Shown in pieces: positions 12,921 through 24,400 of a stretch of 64,000 bases of DNA (its first letter is position 1; the number at the start of each line of letters is the position of its first letter). The DNA comes from Vicugna vicugna (Eukaryota). The notes under the pieces were generated by a model. It was given only the letters and a program-made list of their open reading frames with translations, was not told the DNA's origin and ran no database searches. The DNA is taken from contig MU058252.1 of NCBI GenBank assembly GCA_013265495.1, forward strand, positions 2,142,244 through 2,206,243. Reading direction: 5' to 3'. Made by a program: the position numbers and the translations under genes.

Positions 12921-15396
12921 CTTTGAGTTTATATTACTTTTATAGAGAAAGAGAAGAGTCAAAGTTTTATTTTTAAAAATGTGTGCCCGTGACCTTTTGA
13001 GCGGGCAGGAAACAACGTGGCGTGTGTGTGAGCTTCAGCCATAGACCTGGGGTGGGCAGAAGCCCCAGGGCTGATTCTCCTTGATTGCTGAGACAGATGA
13101 CAGTGTCCTGACAACTGTTCGGGTTTTCCTTCCTTTCTGGACGTTTAGAATCTCAGGCTCAGAGAAAAGAACTCTGGCAAAAGTCAAGAGATCTGCATGT
13201 TCCCTGCTCGCTGCCCAAACTGAATGCATAATCTTAGAAGCAAATTAAAATCCCTCTTTTTACCTCCAGACATTTTCTGTGTCCATCACGCTCAGTCTGT
13301 AAGTGTTGGGCTATTTCTCTTCTATAGAAGATTCCACGGGAACCCTCAAATGTGTATTCTGCTCTCCTGGCTCTGTTAAATAGATGTTATCTACAGGAAT
13401 TTTACATCGCCTGATGAGAATAGGATTCTCCTACCTTCAACAGCTTAGATTTTCCAATAATTTGCTGATTTACAAAGCTTCTTTATACAGCAATCCTTAA
13501 TGTATAAAGAGCTGTCAATAGGTAATGCTCCTTATGATTCATTAAGAAGGTGTTTAATACCAACAAAATTCTGCAGGGGTCAGGAGATCTTCGTTGGGGT
13601 AAGGAGGCAGAGTTAGCTGAGGGGTGGAAATAGCCGTGGATTTAGCCTGGAATGTTACAGAAGTGTGGTGTGGCCAGAGGTACGTGACCCAGGCTCCTCG
13701 CCCTTCTTTCGTCCACTTGTGACCTGGGTGATGGAGTGGAATACACTCATCATGGTTCAGAGACACATGTGAGGAGGGAAGAGACACCCTGACCCACAGG
13801 TGTTAGGGTCCACAGAAGGCCGTTACCTGAAATGGAAGACCACTCCTGCCGACCTAATGTGGAGGACTGGGTCAGCATCACCTCGTTCCTGAGAACCTCA
13901 TGATTTCAGTGGATCAAGAAAAATAAACCTGTTAAACTGAACGAGGCCAGAGGCAGAGATTAACTTAAACAGTTTCATTGACTCTCGGTCTGCTTTCACA
14001 CAGGAAAACACGCCCCAAGATAAAGTTCTTCTGATTACATCTGGGAGGTCCTTTACGTATACCCTTGGGGTTTCCCTGACACATTTTCATCAGTCCAGCA
14101 ATGTAGGTTTAAAAAGAGATTTATCAAAAAACTATGATGTCAATTCTTGCTTGAGCGGCACAAATGTCCCTTCACCCATTGTTTCTTCTGTTCGGGAAAC
14201 TCATATTGAACACCAGCTGTTTATCAGTCACAGTTTGAGAGCTCGAGGACCCGAAGAGAAGCAGGATGGCACACGCCACCCGTCTGGTACAGAGGAGCCC
14301 ACGTGTGAATAAATACGTGTGATCAGTTCTGACGAGGGCTCTTCCAGCAGAAGAAAGATGAGTGCTTAAGTGACCAACACAGCACTTTTAATGTTACATT
14401 ATCACCGAGGTGACGCTACGTTTAATCTCCACCTCTTGATACTGTGCGGATGCGTGGCTGTGAAGGAGCAGTTGAGAAATGTGTCAGCTGTGAGCAGAGG
14501 TGACATTGGTCTTATGTGTTTTACATCACTGATTCATAAATGACTCTCGTCCAACCTCCCTGCCACCATGTCTGTGTCGTGGGTGTTCCTGCTCAGAATT
14601 CGTGCAGGGGCTTCCCCATGGCCTGGCCTATCTGCCTTTGGAGAGCAGCTTAGGAGAAGGCATTCATTTTTAAAACACGAATCTGAGTGTGTCATTCTCT
14701 CCTCGGGGACCACGGGCCACCCTCACTCCATTTCCTATAGGAGACGGCTCACAGGGCTGTCACTGCGGACCTCAGTGTGTCCTTCTGCCCTCATCTCCAT
14801 CACCCACCCCTGCGTCTGTATGTTAGCGGTCTGGACCAGTCATGAAATTCCTCTGCTGGCACTCCCTTCCCCCAGCTCCATGATTCCCTAGTTGCTAAAT
14901 TTATGTTGATCCTTTGAGATGTGTTTCAGCTGTCACCAGCTTTCTCTGATATTGGCCCAAACTCTCGACAAGCCTTATTTATTTTTCCACATCATGTTTG
15001 TTTTCTTAATATTGTTGTTGTCAGTACTGTCCATTTTGATGTCTCCCCCCAGACCCTGTGAAATCCTTGAAGATAAAGACTCTTTCCCAGAAAAAGATCC
15101 CTGTGTTGGGTGTATCAGTAGTGTTGCTACATACTTTAATTTGTTTAATTCCTAAAGGTTTTCTCTAAACCATTGTTATCATACCTGTGCCAATTTTAAA
15201 ATAAATACTGACAGATTACATTTTTTTTCTCAGAAGATATCTTCCTGAAAATTTATGGGTAAATCAAATTACATAGGATGAATGATGTTGTCAGTGCAAG
15301 AAGAAAGCTCACATTTTAAAGAATGTCAATAATGAACTGATCTGTGAGTACAAGAATAGTTGGTGATGAGAAAAATCACTCTCTTTTCCCATGCAC

Positions 15397-15802
15397 TGTG
15401 ATGGTTAGTTTTATGAGTCAAGTTGAGTGGGCCACAGGGTGCCCAGATACGTGCTCACACACTTTTCTGGGTGCTTCTGTGAGGGTGTTTTTTTGGCTGA
15501 GATGAACATTTGAATCAGTAGACTGAGTAAAGCAGATGGTCCTCCTTAGTGTGGTGGGCCTCGTCTAATCAGTTGAAGGCATGCATAGAACAAAAAAAAC
15601 TGAGTACGGGGGAACCCCAACCTGACTGCTTTGAGCTGAGAAACATCAGTTTTTCCTGCCTTCAGACTGAAACTGAAATGTTTTAATTTTTCTTGGGTCT
15701 TGAGTCTGTTAACTTTTGGACTGAAACTTACAGACTGGCTCTCCCCTGGGTCTATATATATATATATATATATATCTTCTGTTTCCTGGAGAACCCTAAT
15801 AA
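15397..15802. mobile_element. MLT2 (ERVL) solo LTR
   Basis: Starts 'tgtgatggttagttttatgagtcaagttgagtgggccacagggtgcccagat', has a (TA)n near the end and finishes 'ctgtttcctggagaaccctaata'. Confidence 0.8.
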
Positions 15803-16940
15803 AGCCACTTTGACTTCCACTTTCATAAGTTAGGAATCTCACGTGTTGCATTTCCTTAGACAGTGGCGTTCACCTAGGTGAAGTTAAACTTTTCGTAATA
15901 AGTAACAAGAAAAGAATGCTGATGAAATGACATGATGAATCTATTCTTCTGTTGTAAACATTCCCTGAGGTCAAATGTGAAACTGAACATACTGCCAAAA
16001 GTCTTAACTTAAATCAAAGTCACTTGAGTCAAAGCAGTCGCTAATGCCGACGACACAGAAATTAAGGATGGAGCAGAAGGAGGGACAAAACCCTGTCTCT
16101 GTTACAGCAGGTTTGGAGAGAGCCCATCAGAGTTGAAGAACGTCCATGAGGCCACACTGAGCAAAGGCAGGTGGGACAGAGGTGCCTCAAAGCACGGCAG
16201 GTCCTATCTGCTCAAACCTCACAGAAATGCAATGATGAAAACCATGGGATAAGCATGCTCTTCTTGTAGGGAAAAAAGAAAGCTGGACATACAAGTAGAG
16301 AGATGAGCCAACACTTATTGCTAAATATAGGACCACATTTGCATCCCATGTTCATAAATGCAGCACAGGCAAAAAAAAAAAAAGCATTTTGAGCATGGGA
16401 GTGAGGAGAGGGGATCTGATGTCTGTGCCGTCTTACAATATTTCCTAATCTAATTTTCTCATAAAATGTAATATTCAAAAATAATATGGCACGTGAGTCT
16501 TCATATTTTAAGCATTTCCTCCCAGACTCTGGGCATCTTTCTTTCCCGTGGACCCTTCTTTTTCTGTCCCCATTCTTTTTCTCCCCACAATGCCCCAAGT
16601 CAATGGCTGAACGCAGATAAGGTGCAAAGACTGAAAGGTCAGGACTGGATATTCAGAGTTGCTTTGCTCTTTTTTTTTCCAAGCAATGTTCCCACTTTAT
16701 GCCAGCTTTTAGCCTTATCTTTCCTGTAGGCCTTTTTGCCAGAGGCCAGGCAGGAATAGGTCCCAGGAGTGCCAGGCAGTTTTGGCTGATAGCTGTCCTG
16801 TAAGTGTTGGGAAAAACATTGTCTCCTGGCAGAATTATTTACTTATTAATGTAAAGTTTAATCCGTAGCATTCTGCTTTTCATTTCTAGAGATAATTAAA
16901 AGGAAACTATCAAAATGACAGGTTAAAAAAATTTTGTCCT

Positions 16941-18890
16941 ATATCTAGGAATACATTTAAGCCAGGAGGTGAAACACTTATACACTGAAAACTATAAGAC
17001 ATTAATAAAAGAAATTGAAGACACAAGTAGATGGAAAGATATTCCATGTCCAAGGGTTAGAAGAATTCATACTGTTAAAATGTCCATACGACCCAAAGCA
17101 AGCTACAGGTCTGGTGCAATCACTGTCAAAATTCCAATGACATTTTTTACTGAAATGGAGCCATCTTAAAATTTGTATGGAACCAAAAAAGGCCCTGAAT
17201 AGCCGAAACAATCATGAGAAAGAAGAACAAAGCTGGAGGCTTCATAGCCTCTGATTTCAAACTATATTACCAAGTTATAGTAATTAAAACAGTATAGTAT
17301 TGGATTCAAAACAGACACCTAGATCAATGGAACAGAATGGCCAGCACAGTCTCTTCAATAAATCATGTTGGGAAGACTGGACAGCCACACACAAAAGAAT
17401 GAAAGTGGACCACTATCTTATACCATATGTAACAACTCAAAATGGATTAAAGACTTGAATGTAAAACCTGAAACCATAAAACTCCTACAAGAAAACACAG
17501 AGGGTCAGCTCTTTGGCATTGGTCTTGACAATGGTTTTTTGGATTTAACACCAAAAACAAAGGCAACAAAAATAAAAATAAACAAGTGGGATTACATCAG
17601 ACTAAAAAGCTTCTGCACAGCAAGGGAAACAATCAACAAAATGAAAAGGCAGCCTACCTAATGGGGAGAAATATTTCCAAATCATATATCTGATAAAGGA
17701 TTAATATCCAAAGTATGTAAAGAACTCATACAACTCAATAGCAAAAAAAAACCAAAAACAAAAACAAAAACACACACCAAAAAACAACAGTCTGATTTAA
17801 TATGGGCAGAGAATCTAGATATTTTCCTGAAGAATACATACAGATGGCCAACAGGTACATGGAAGGATGCTCAACATTACTGATCATCAGGAAAATGCAA
17901 ATCAAAACCACAATGTGGGAGGGGAGGGCAGGGTATAGTTCAGTGGTAGAACACATACTTAGCATGAATGAGGTCCTGGGTTCAATCCCCAGTACCTCCA
18001 CTAAAAATAAACAAACCTAATTACCCCCCCCCTCAAAAGAACCTCACAATGAGCCATCACTTCACCTGTTAGAATGGCTATTATGGAAAAGATAAGGAAA
18101 AACAAATATTGGTGTGGATGTGGAGAAAAGGGAACCTTGTGCACTGTTGATGGGAATGGAAATTGGTGTGGCAACTATGGAAAACAGTATGGAGGTTTCT
18201 CAAAAAATTAACAATAGAACTACCATATGATCCAGCAATTTCACTTCTGGGTATTTGTTCAAAGAAAATGAAAATACTAACTTGAAAAGATATATGCACC
18301 CTCATGTTCATTGCAGCATTATTTACAATAGTCAAGATATGGAAACAACATAAGTGTTGGTTGATGGATCGATATACACAGAATGGAATATTATTCAACC
18401 ATAAAAAGAATGAAATCTTGCTATTTTTGATGACATAGACGGACCTTGAGGGCATTATACTAACTGAAATAAGTCAGACAGAAAAACAAATACCATGTGC
18501 ACTCACTTATAGGTGGAATTTAAACAAAACAAAAACCAAGCTCATAGACACAGAAAACAGATTGATTGCAGGGGCAGAGGTGCAGGGAGAAATGGGTTGA
18601 AGGTGGTCAAAAAGTACAAACTTCCAATTATAAGATAAATAAGTCATGGGAATGTAATATATAGCATGGTGACAGTGGTAAATAATACTGTATTGCATAT
18701 TTGAAAGTTGCTAAGAGAGTAGACTTAAAAGTTCTCATCACAAGAAAAAAATTTTTAATTATATATGGTGACAGATGCTAACTAGACTTACTGTGATGGT
18801 GATCATTTCTCAATGTTTACAAATACGGAATCATGTTGTACACCTGAAACTAACATAATGTTATATGTCAACTACACCTCCATTAAAAAT
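16941..18890 (+). mobile_element. 5'-truncated L1 (ORF2 C-terminal remnant plus 3' UTR), with stops, an internal deletion and a SINE insertion
   Basis: ORF fragments [24 protein letters not shown] and [46 protein letters not shown] are L1 ORF2p; the 3' UTR ends 'actacacctccattaaaaat'. Confidence 0.95.
17917..18039 (+). mobile_element. Vic-1-type (camelid) tRNA-derived SINE nested in the L1
   Basis: 'gggtatagttcagtggtagaacacatacttagcatgaatgaggtcctgggttcaatccccagtacctcc...aaacctaattacccccc' has A/B boxes and is flanked by a CACAATG duplication. Confidence 0.85.
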
Positions 18891-19290
18891 ATTTTTGTCA
18901 TGTTTTCTCAGTTTTTCCTCATTACTCCATCATGTGGGATGAGTGAAGCCAGGTTTGTGAGAGAGCAGTTCCAACTGGCCCATTTTGGTGGGAAAGAGGG
19001 AAGAGCCCCAATGAATTAATGCCACTTCAGATAAAGAAGAGAAAGAATTACCTTAATGCTGCTTAAAAACAGGATTTAGATTGGCAATCTTTTTTGGTCC
19101 ACATCAAGCTGGGTTTAGTGTAGAGGCAACAGTACACGGATGATCTGTGCCTGTGCTCATGTCTAGAGAAAAGCTGTCATTAAAACTCCTCACATAGGAA
19201 AGTGCTTCTTAAACCTAAAGGAACGAACAGTGTTACACCTACCACTTTCTGGGCAAACCCTAATCCATATTCCTTGAAAGGCTGCTTTTC

Positions 19291-19398
19291 TTTTTTTTTA
19301 AATTGAAGTACAGTCAATTACAATGTGTCCGTTTCTGGTGTACAGCACAACGTCCCAGTCATGCGCTATATATACATGCATATATTCGTTTTCATATT
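19291..19398 (-). mobile_element. Short young L1 3'-end insertion
   Basis: Poly-T then 'aattgaagtacagtcaattacaatgtg...tctggtgtacagc'; TSD CTGCTTTTC at 19282-19290 and 19404-19412. Confidence 0.75.
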
Positions 19399-19728
19399 AA
19401 AAACTGCTTTTCAATTCAGCTTTGGTTCACCTGTTTCTTCCACTTACCTCTTAAACCAAATCACTAGTTACAAGTATTTTTCACCTGTAACCCAAATGCT
19501 TGCATGAGCTTATATATACATATTATATATGCACGTGTAATGCTTATATACAGTGTTTAATATATGCGGGCATTGTGGGTAATTTACATAGAATTGTAAT
19601 TGCTCAGAATTTTCTGCTTGAGTGTGGCTGGAAACTGGCCTCTTACTCATTCTTACAGGCGATTTTTTGTGAATGTAAAAAAACAAATCCCTCCCAGCCT
19701 CATTCCCGCCACTGCCCCACAGGCGAGA

Positions 19729-19735
19729 ACGCGCG

Positions 19736-19775
<40 letters not shown>
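19729..19775. repeat. Compound (CG)n(CA)n microsatellite, potential Z-DNA
   Basis: acgcgcgcgcgcgcgcacacac...acacg is an uninterrupted purine-pyrimidine alternation. Confidence 0.95.
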
Positions 19776-19776
<1 letters not shown>

Positions 19777-20744
19777 CAGTGAGTTCCACCCTGTGATGTC
19801 GATTTAGGTCGCCTGAAATAGCTCCACTCCCGATTGTGCCGCGGCCTCGTCCTTGGTGGAGGAAAGCCGCGGCGTGGGGAGACAGCCTCCCGGCGCTCTT
19901 CCCGGCGGCTCGGGCTGGGCAGCATTTGAATTTGACCACCCTCTGCGTGCGCGCTCTCGGGTGCGCAAGTCCGTGTGTGGCCGGGGGAGCTACCTCGTGC
20001 GTGTGAAAGATTCATCCGCCCAAGAGCGCCCGGGCGTCGTGATGACCGAACCCAGTGCGCCGTCAATGGGCAGCCTGCCCCTGGGGGTGGCGGTTGGGTG
20101 GAGGAGCGGAGCTGGGGTTTGGGCCCCGGGGCCAGACAGACCCCTTGGCGCGGGGCTGGGCAGTAGGAAGCAGGAGGGATCAGGTCCAAAGAAACAAAGA
20201 CGCCGGAGGGGCCATGGCTGGGGCGGAGGCTGGAGGGGGGAAGCGGCGCCTGGGGAGCCGGCGCCGAGAGCTGCCGCTGCCCAGCTAGGTGCCCCGCGCC
20301 GTGGACCGGCCGCGGCGGCAGATTCGGCTGCAGACCCGGAGTGCAACCATGGAGACGCAACGTGTGTCCCATGGTAACCCGAAACAACATTATTTATGAG
20401 CCCTCTGCTTCGCCACACTTGCAGCCGGCGTGCAAGGCGGCGCCCGCTCTGCCCGGCCTCTCCCTCCCCTCCCGGGGGCGCAGCCAGGAGGTAGCCGCAG
20501 CCGAGCCAGGGTTAACGCCGGGCGGGAGGCGGCGGCTCCACCCGCGGAAATCGCGGTAGTGCCTGTTTGTAAAAACCACGCGTGCGTGCGCCGCACGCAC
20601 ACCCGGCCGGCGGGGAGGGAGGGGGCGTCTACCCCAGGAGGGGATGCTTGGAGGGGCTCCCAGTTCTACCCAGACAGTTCGGCTCGCTTAACCTTGGTGC
20701 AGCCCAAGACTCCCTGGTCCAGTGGGGTTCAGGGAGAGCAGCCG

Positions 20745-20810
20745 GTGTGTGTACGCGCGCGCGCGCGTACACACACAGATACACACATTCTCACACACAC
20801 ATACACACAC
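20745..20810. repeat. 32-bp perfect palindrome followed by an imperfect (CA)n
   Basis: gtgtgtgtacgcgcgcgcgcgcgtacacacac (20745-20776) equals its own reverse complement. Confidence 0.95.
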
Positions 20811-21079
20811 AGGCCCGCCCGCTCCTGTCGTCGCCGCCACCCTGCCGGGGTCCCTGCCTTTGGGGACAAGTGGGGCGCCGGCGGCACCCCACACTGCCTG
20901 CCGAGCAGCCCCCGAGCCGGCCGCGCCGCCCGGTGTCCCCGCGTGCGCCCCGCGCGTCGGCGCCGCTGTCGCTGGCAGAGCGCTGCCCGCCCGCCCGCCG
21001 GACACGCACGCTGTCGGAGCTGGCCCCGCGGCTCGCAGCCTCTTCCCCGCGCCCCTGCTCCCTGCTCTCAGCTTTTGTT

Positions 21080-21351
21080 TAAAGCAGCGGCAACCCCACG
21101 CCGTCCTCTCCGGCTTATTTTTCTTTCTCCGCGGCGGCCAGAAAAGAGTTGATTGTCATTGTGACCCGCCGGAGACAGGAGAGTGACAGGGGTGGCAGAG
21201 GGAGAAACCCAAGAGCAGACAGAATTTTTTTTTTCTTCAAAAGCCAACTCCACCCAGTCTTAGGTCGGTCCAATCTCTACTTTCATCATCACAAGACAAT
21301 GGATTAAGTTACTCTTCTCTGGGCCAGAAGTCGGGTTCAGACTTGGGCAAC
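21080..21351 (+). other. DPP6: Probable 5' UTR of DPP6-K (TSS not determinable), containing a Met-Asp-stop uORF at 21299-21307
   Basis: Less GC-rich stretch between a TTTAAA element (~21078-21083) and the ATG. The only upstream ATG in it reads ATG GAT TAA. Confidence 0.55.
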
Positions 21352-21402
21352 ATGAAGGAAAAGGCGATGATTAAGACCGCTAAAATGCAAGGGAACGTGA
21401 TG
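21352..21402 (+). CDS. DPP6: First coding exon (17 codons, phase 0) of dipeptidyl peptidase-like protein 6, isoform DPP6-K, a Kv4 A-type K+ channel auxiliary subunit; downstream exons lie beyond the window
   Basis: ATG AAG GAA AAG GCG ATG ATT AAG ACC GCT AAA ATG CAA GGG AAC GTG ATG = MKEKAMIKTAKMQGNVM, followed directly by the canonical donor GTGAGT (21403-21408). This matches the DPP6-K N-terminus as I recall it, which splices onto the shared ELVGSNPPQRNWKG exon. It lies in a CpG island and is too short for the ORF track. Confidence 0.92.
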
Positions 21403-24400
21403 GTGAGTGCTGGCGGGCGAGGCGCGCACGGGGGCCGGGGAATCTGCAGTGAGGAGCGGCGATAGGGGCAGAGTCCCGACCCCCCCTCCCCGGGAATGAC
21501 CGCGACCCCCGGGCCGAGCGCAGCGGCGCCTCCATCACTTGGCACTTGACACCCTACCCCCCACCCCCAGCCAACCAGCGGCTGCCGCCGGTGTGCGGCG
21601 GGTCGGAGGTGTATTTGCAAATTGCAACTTTGCGGCTCAGCGGCCCCTCTCCTTTGGGTGGGTGGCTTGGTGTCTTGGGCTAGGGGTGGGTTGCGCGAGG
21701 TGAGGAAGGGGCCGCGGACCAGCCCCCGCCGGCCGCGCCTCTGTACGAGTTTGCACCGGCCCCCCGAGTGGCGGTACCGGGGGGCCCGCGCAGAGCGAGG
21801 TTGCCGAGGCCAAGGGAGGGCCGCTGGGCCCGGTGCCCGCGCCGGCCTCGGGGCTGCGAGTCCCGGCGCTCGAGACCTGTTGGTGTCCGCCGAGCCTGCG
21901 GTTCACTCGGAGCGGACACCAGGCGCTCTGCTCCGGCTGCTGCCACCGCGGCCGCCAGCCAGGCGGGGCCCTGCTCTCGGGTGTGACCACGATGACTCCC
22001 CGGAAAGGGTGACTGTGCCAGCGAGCGTAATCATGGCACATGGTCCCCCGAGGAGGACCGTGCGCCGGGGACACCTCCGATCGGTGGGAGCTCCGGGGCT
22101 GCAGGCCAGGGGAGCAGCTTTCCCTCGATAACTTTGCTAACTCGAGGACCCCGGCGTCCGCCTCCCGCGCCGACCCTCGCCTGCTGCCGGGGACCGCGCC
22201 GCCCTCTGCGCCGCTGCTGTCGGCTTACTGGAGCACGGGCAGGGGGCCGAGGGGTCAGGGCGCTGGCACCTCCCGAGGAGGACGAGGAGGTTGCCATCTT
22301 GTTCTCTGGAAACGGTGCGCCTATGAGTGTTTATTTGGCTGATGTTTTAACCCTTTAGGGGTTGGTGTGAGACGCTTCGGAAGAGGGGCTCTGCTCTCAC
22401 ACTACTCGCCCTCCCCCGTACTTGGTTATGGGGGAGGGACAGCGAGGTGGGGAATGCCCTGTTACTTTGAAGGGACAGATGGAAATGCAGGAATTCCTTC
22501 AGGTGCAAGGTCTAGAGTCGCTTACGAGGTGGGGGCGGGGTGGGGGAGCGGAGGTGTGTTTGAAAGAACCCAGTCAATGGTCCATTTTGAGGTCTTACTT
22601 TCAACAAAAAGAAACAAGAAATGAAAAAATGTATTAAAATTGGACAAATACCCAGCAGGCTTAACCACATCCACAGCAGGACACCTGTTGCCTGGTGGAG
22701 GAGGGAGCATCAGCTTCGTGGCACTTGACTCCTGGCCCGAGATGTGCATGGGCCCTTAAGAGCGCAGTGTCTGTATCCAAGGGGCTGTTTTGTAGAACCA
22801 CCCCCCTCCACCCCCCACCCCCGCTGGCGACAGGCCCCTCATTCAGGGGCCTTCATAGTCTGGATTTTCTGGCTGGCTGACCTAATCGTTTGTGAAAATA
22901 CATGTGTCCCTAATTTCCCCACACCCTTTTTAGCCATTGTGTTGTTCAGCATCATTTCTTGTATAAACAGGGCAGAAACGTGCGTGGTCTCATGTTTTCC
23001 CATTAAGTTCCCACCCACATCTATAATTCCTCTTTTATATTCTGCTCCAGTGCACTAGCAAAACCTGTCTAGTTAGGACTGAGGCAAAGAGAGGCTTCAC
23101 TTTAGTTCTATGGATAATAATGATGATGCTTTATTGATTCCTCACCTAAATCTGTTGTCCAAGGAGTGTTTCTCCTCATCATGTGGATGGTAATAGTGAC
23201 ATAGCGACATCTTTCTATTACATCCTTGTTAAAAACTTCTAAGGTCTTCCCTCCCACTCCCTGCTCTCTGCAGTGACTTTGGACGATAAAGACTGCGAGG
23301 AATACTAATCTCATTGTCGCTCCAGCTCTGAGTCAGACAGTTCCAGGGGTGCACACTCAGGCCGCTCATAAGTACAGTCAGGGCAGGCTGAACTGCTCCT
23401 CGGAAAGTCCACAGCAGCAGCCATGTCTTTAGGACCATCCGTTTGTCCGCCTCAGAGAAAAATGAGACACAGGTCGCACTCAACTTTTAAAGGTTCTGTC
23501 AGTCCTTAAATTGATCATTCTGACTCTGCAGTCTGCTTTGTCCCTCTTTTGAAATGTCACGTTCCAAACTAAATCCATGCAGCTTTAAGCGAGTGATCAC
23601 GCCGCCCCCAAGTCATCGCTCTGAGACTTAGTGATCCCCAATTTTCCATCAGTTGTTTTGGAAGACTGGCTAATCACAGCCTCCCCCCTTCGATTAGATG
23701 ACTGGCAGATTCTGCGCGCTCGCAGCTTGATTGGAACTGAGGTGGTATTTTGCATCCCCGATGAGGATGGGGTGATTTACTGCCATTGCTGACAGCCGCG
23801 TTGCTGCACATCTGAGCGCTGTGAAAGCGGCAGAGGCTGCCACATTGTGCAGTGCTGGTGCGTGGACATGCACCCGGAGGTGCAGGCACAGACTGCGTCT
23901 CCGCGCAGGGCACTCAGGGCTGACAGAGCTGTCTGGACCACGCCTGAGGTTTGGTAAGTTAAAGGGAAGCACTTGATGCCGCCAGAGCCATCAGAGAGGG
24001 CCATGTCCCCGCACAGCCGGCGATGGAAATGCTCCTGATCCCGGTGTCTTCTCATGCCCGTTCCCACATGCAGCCGTCCTGGACCCGTGGTCTGTGGTCC
24101 CCAAGAACTGCCATGCCATCGTCCTTAATAGAAAGTCTGTTTTTTATATAAAATCTTAGTGAACGTTTTATTCCTCACACGTTGGTGTAGAAGTTTAGCA
24201 CAGGTGACAGACGATTAAGAGAAAGCAAACTTCCTAGCATAGTATCTCATCTCGCTTTGGGTGAATAAATGAGTAAAAGAAATAACATGGGCGGAACCAC
24301 TCACAACTCCTATTTTAATTCCTGAGAGGAGTCTCTTTCACAAGACTTATTTCTAACGTTGCGAGAAGGGAGCCTGCCACGTGCCATCTGCAATTTAATA

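Larger units (their letters stand above)
19720..22320. promoter_or_regulatory. DPP6: CpG island promoter of the DPP6-K first exon
   Basis: Abrupt rise in GC and CpG density relative to the AT-rich flanks, no interspersed repeats, multiple GC boxes, spans the first exon and donor. Boundaries estimated by eye. Confidence 0.9.

Noticed and set aside
16969..18455. ORFs with reverse-transcriptase-region similarity
   Set aside because: Fragmented L1 ORF2 with stops, a deletion and a SINE insertion; neither an active element nor a host gene.
19653..22358. Many long overlapping ORFs (up to 245 aa) on both strands in the CpG island
   Set aside because: Pro/Arg/Gly/Ala-rich translations expected from stop-poor GC-rich DNA and microsatellites; no recognisable domain.
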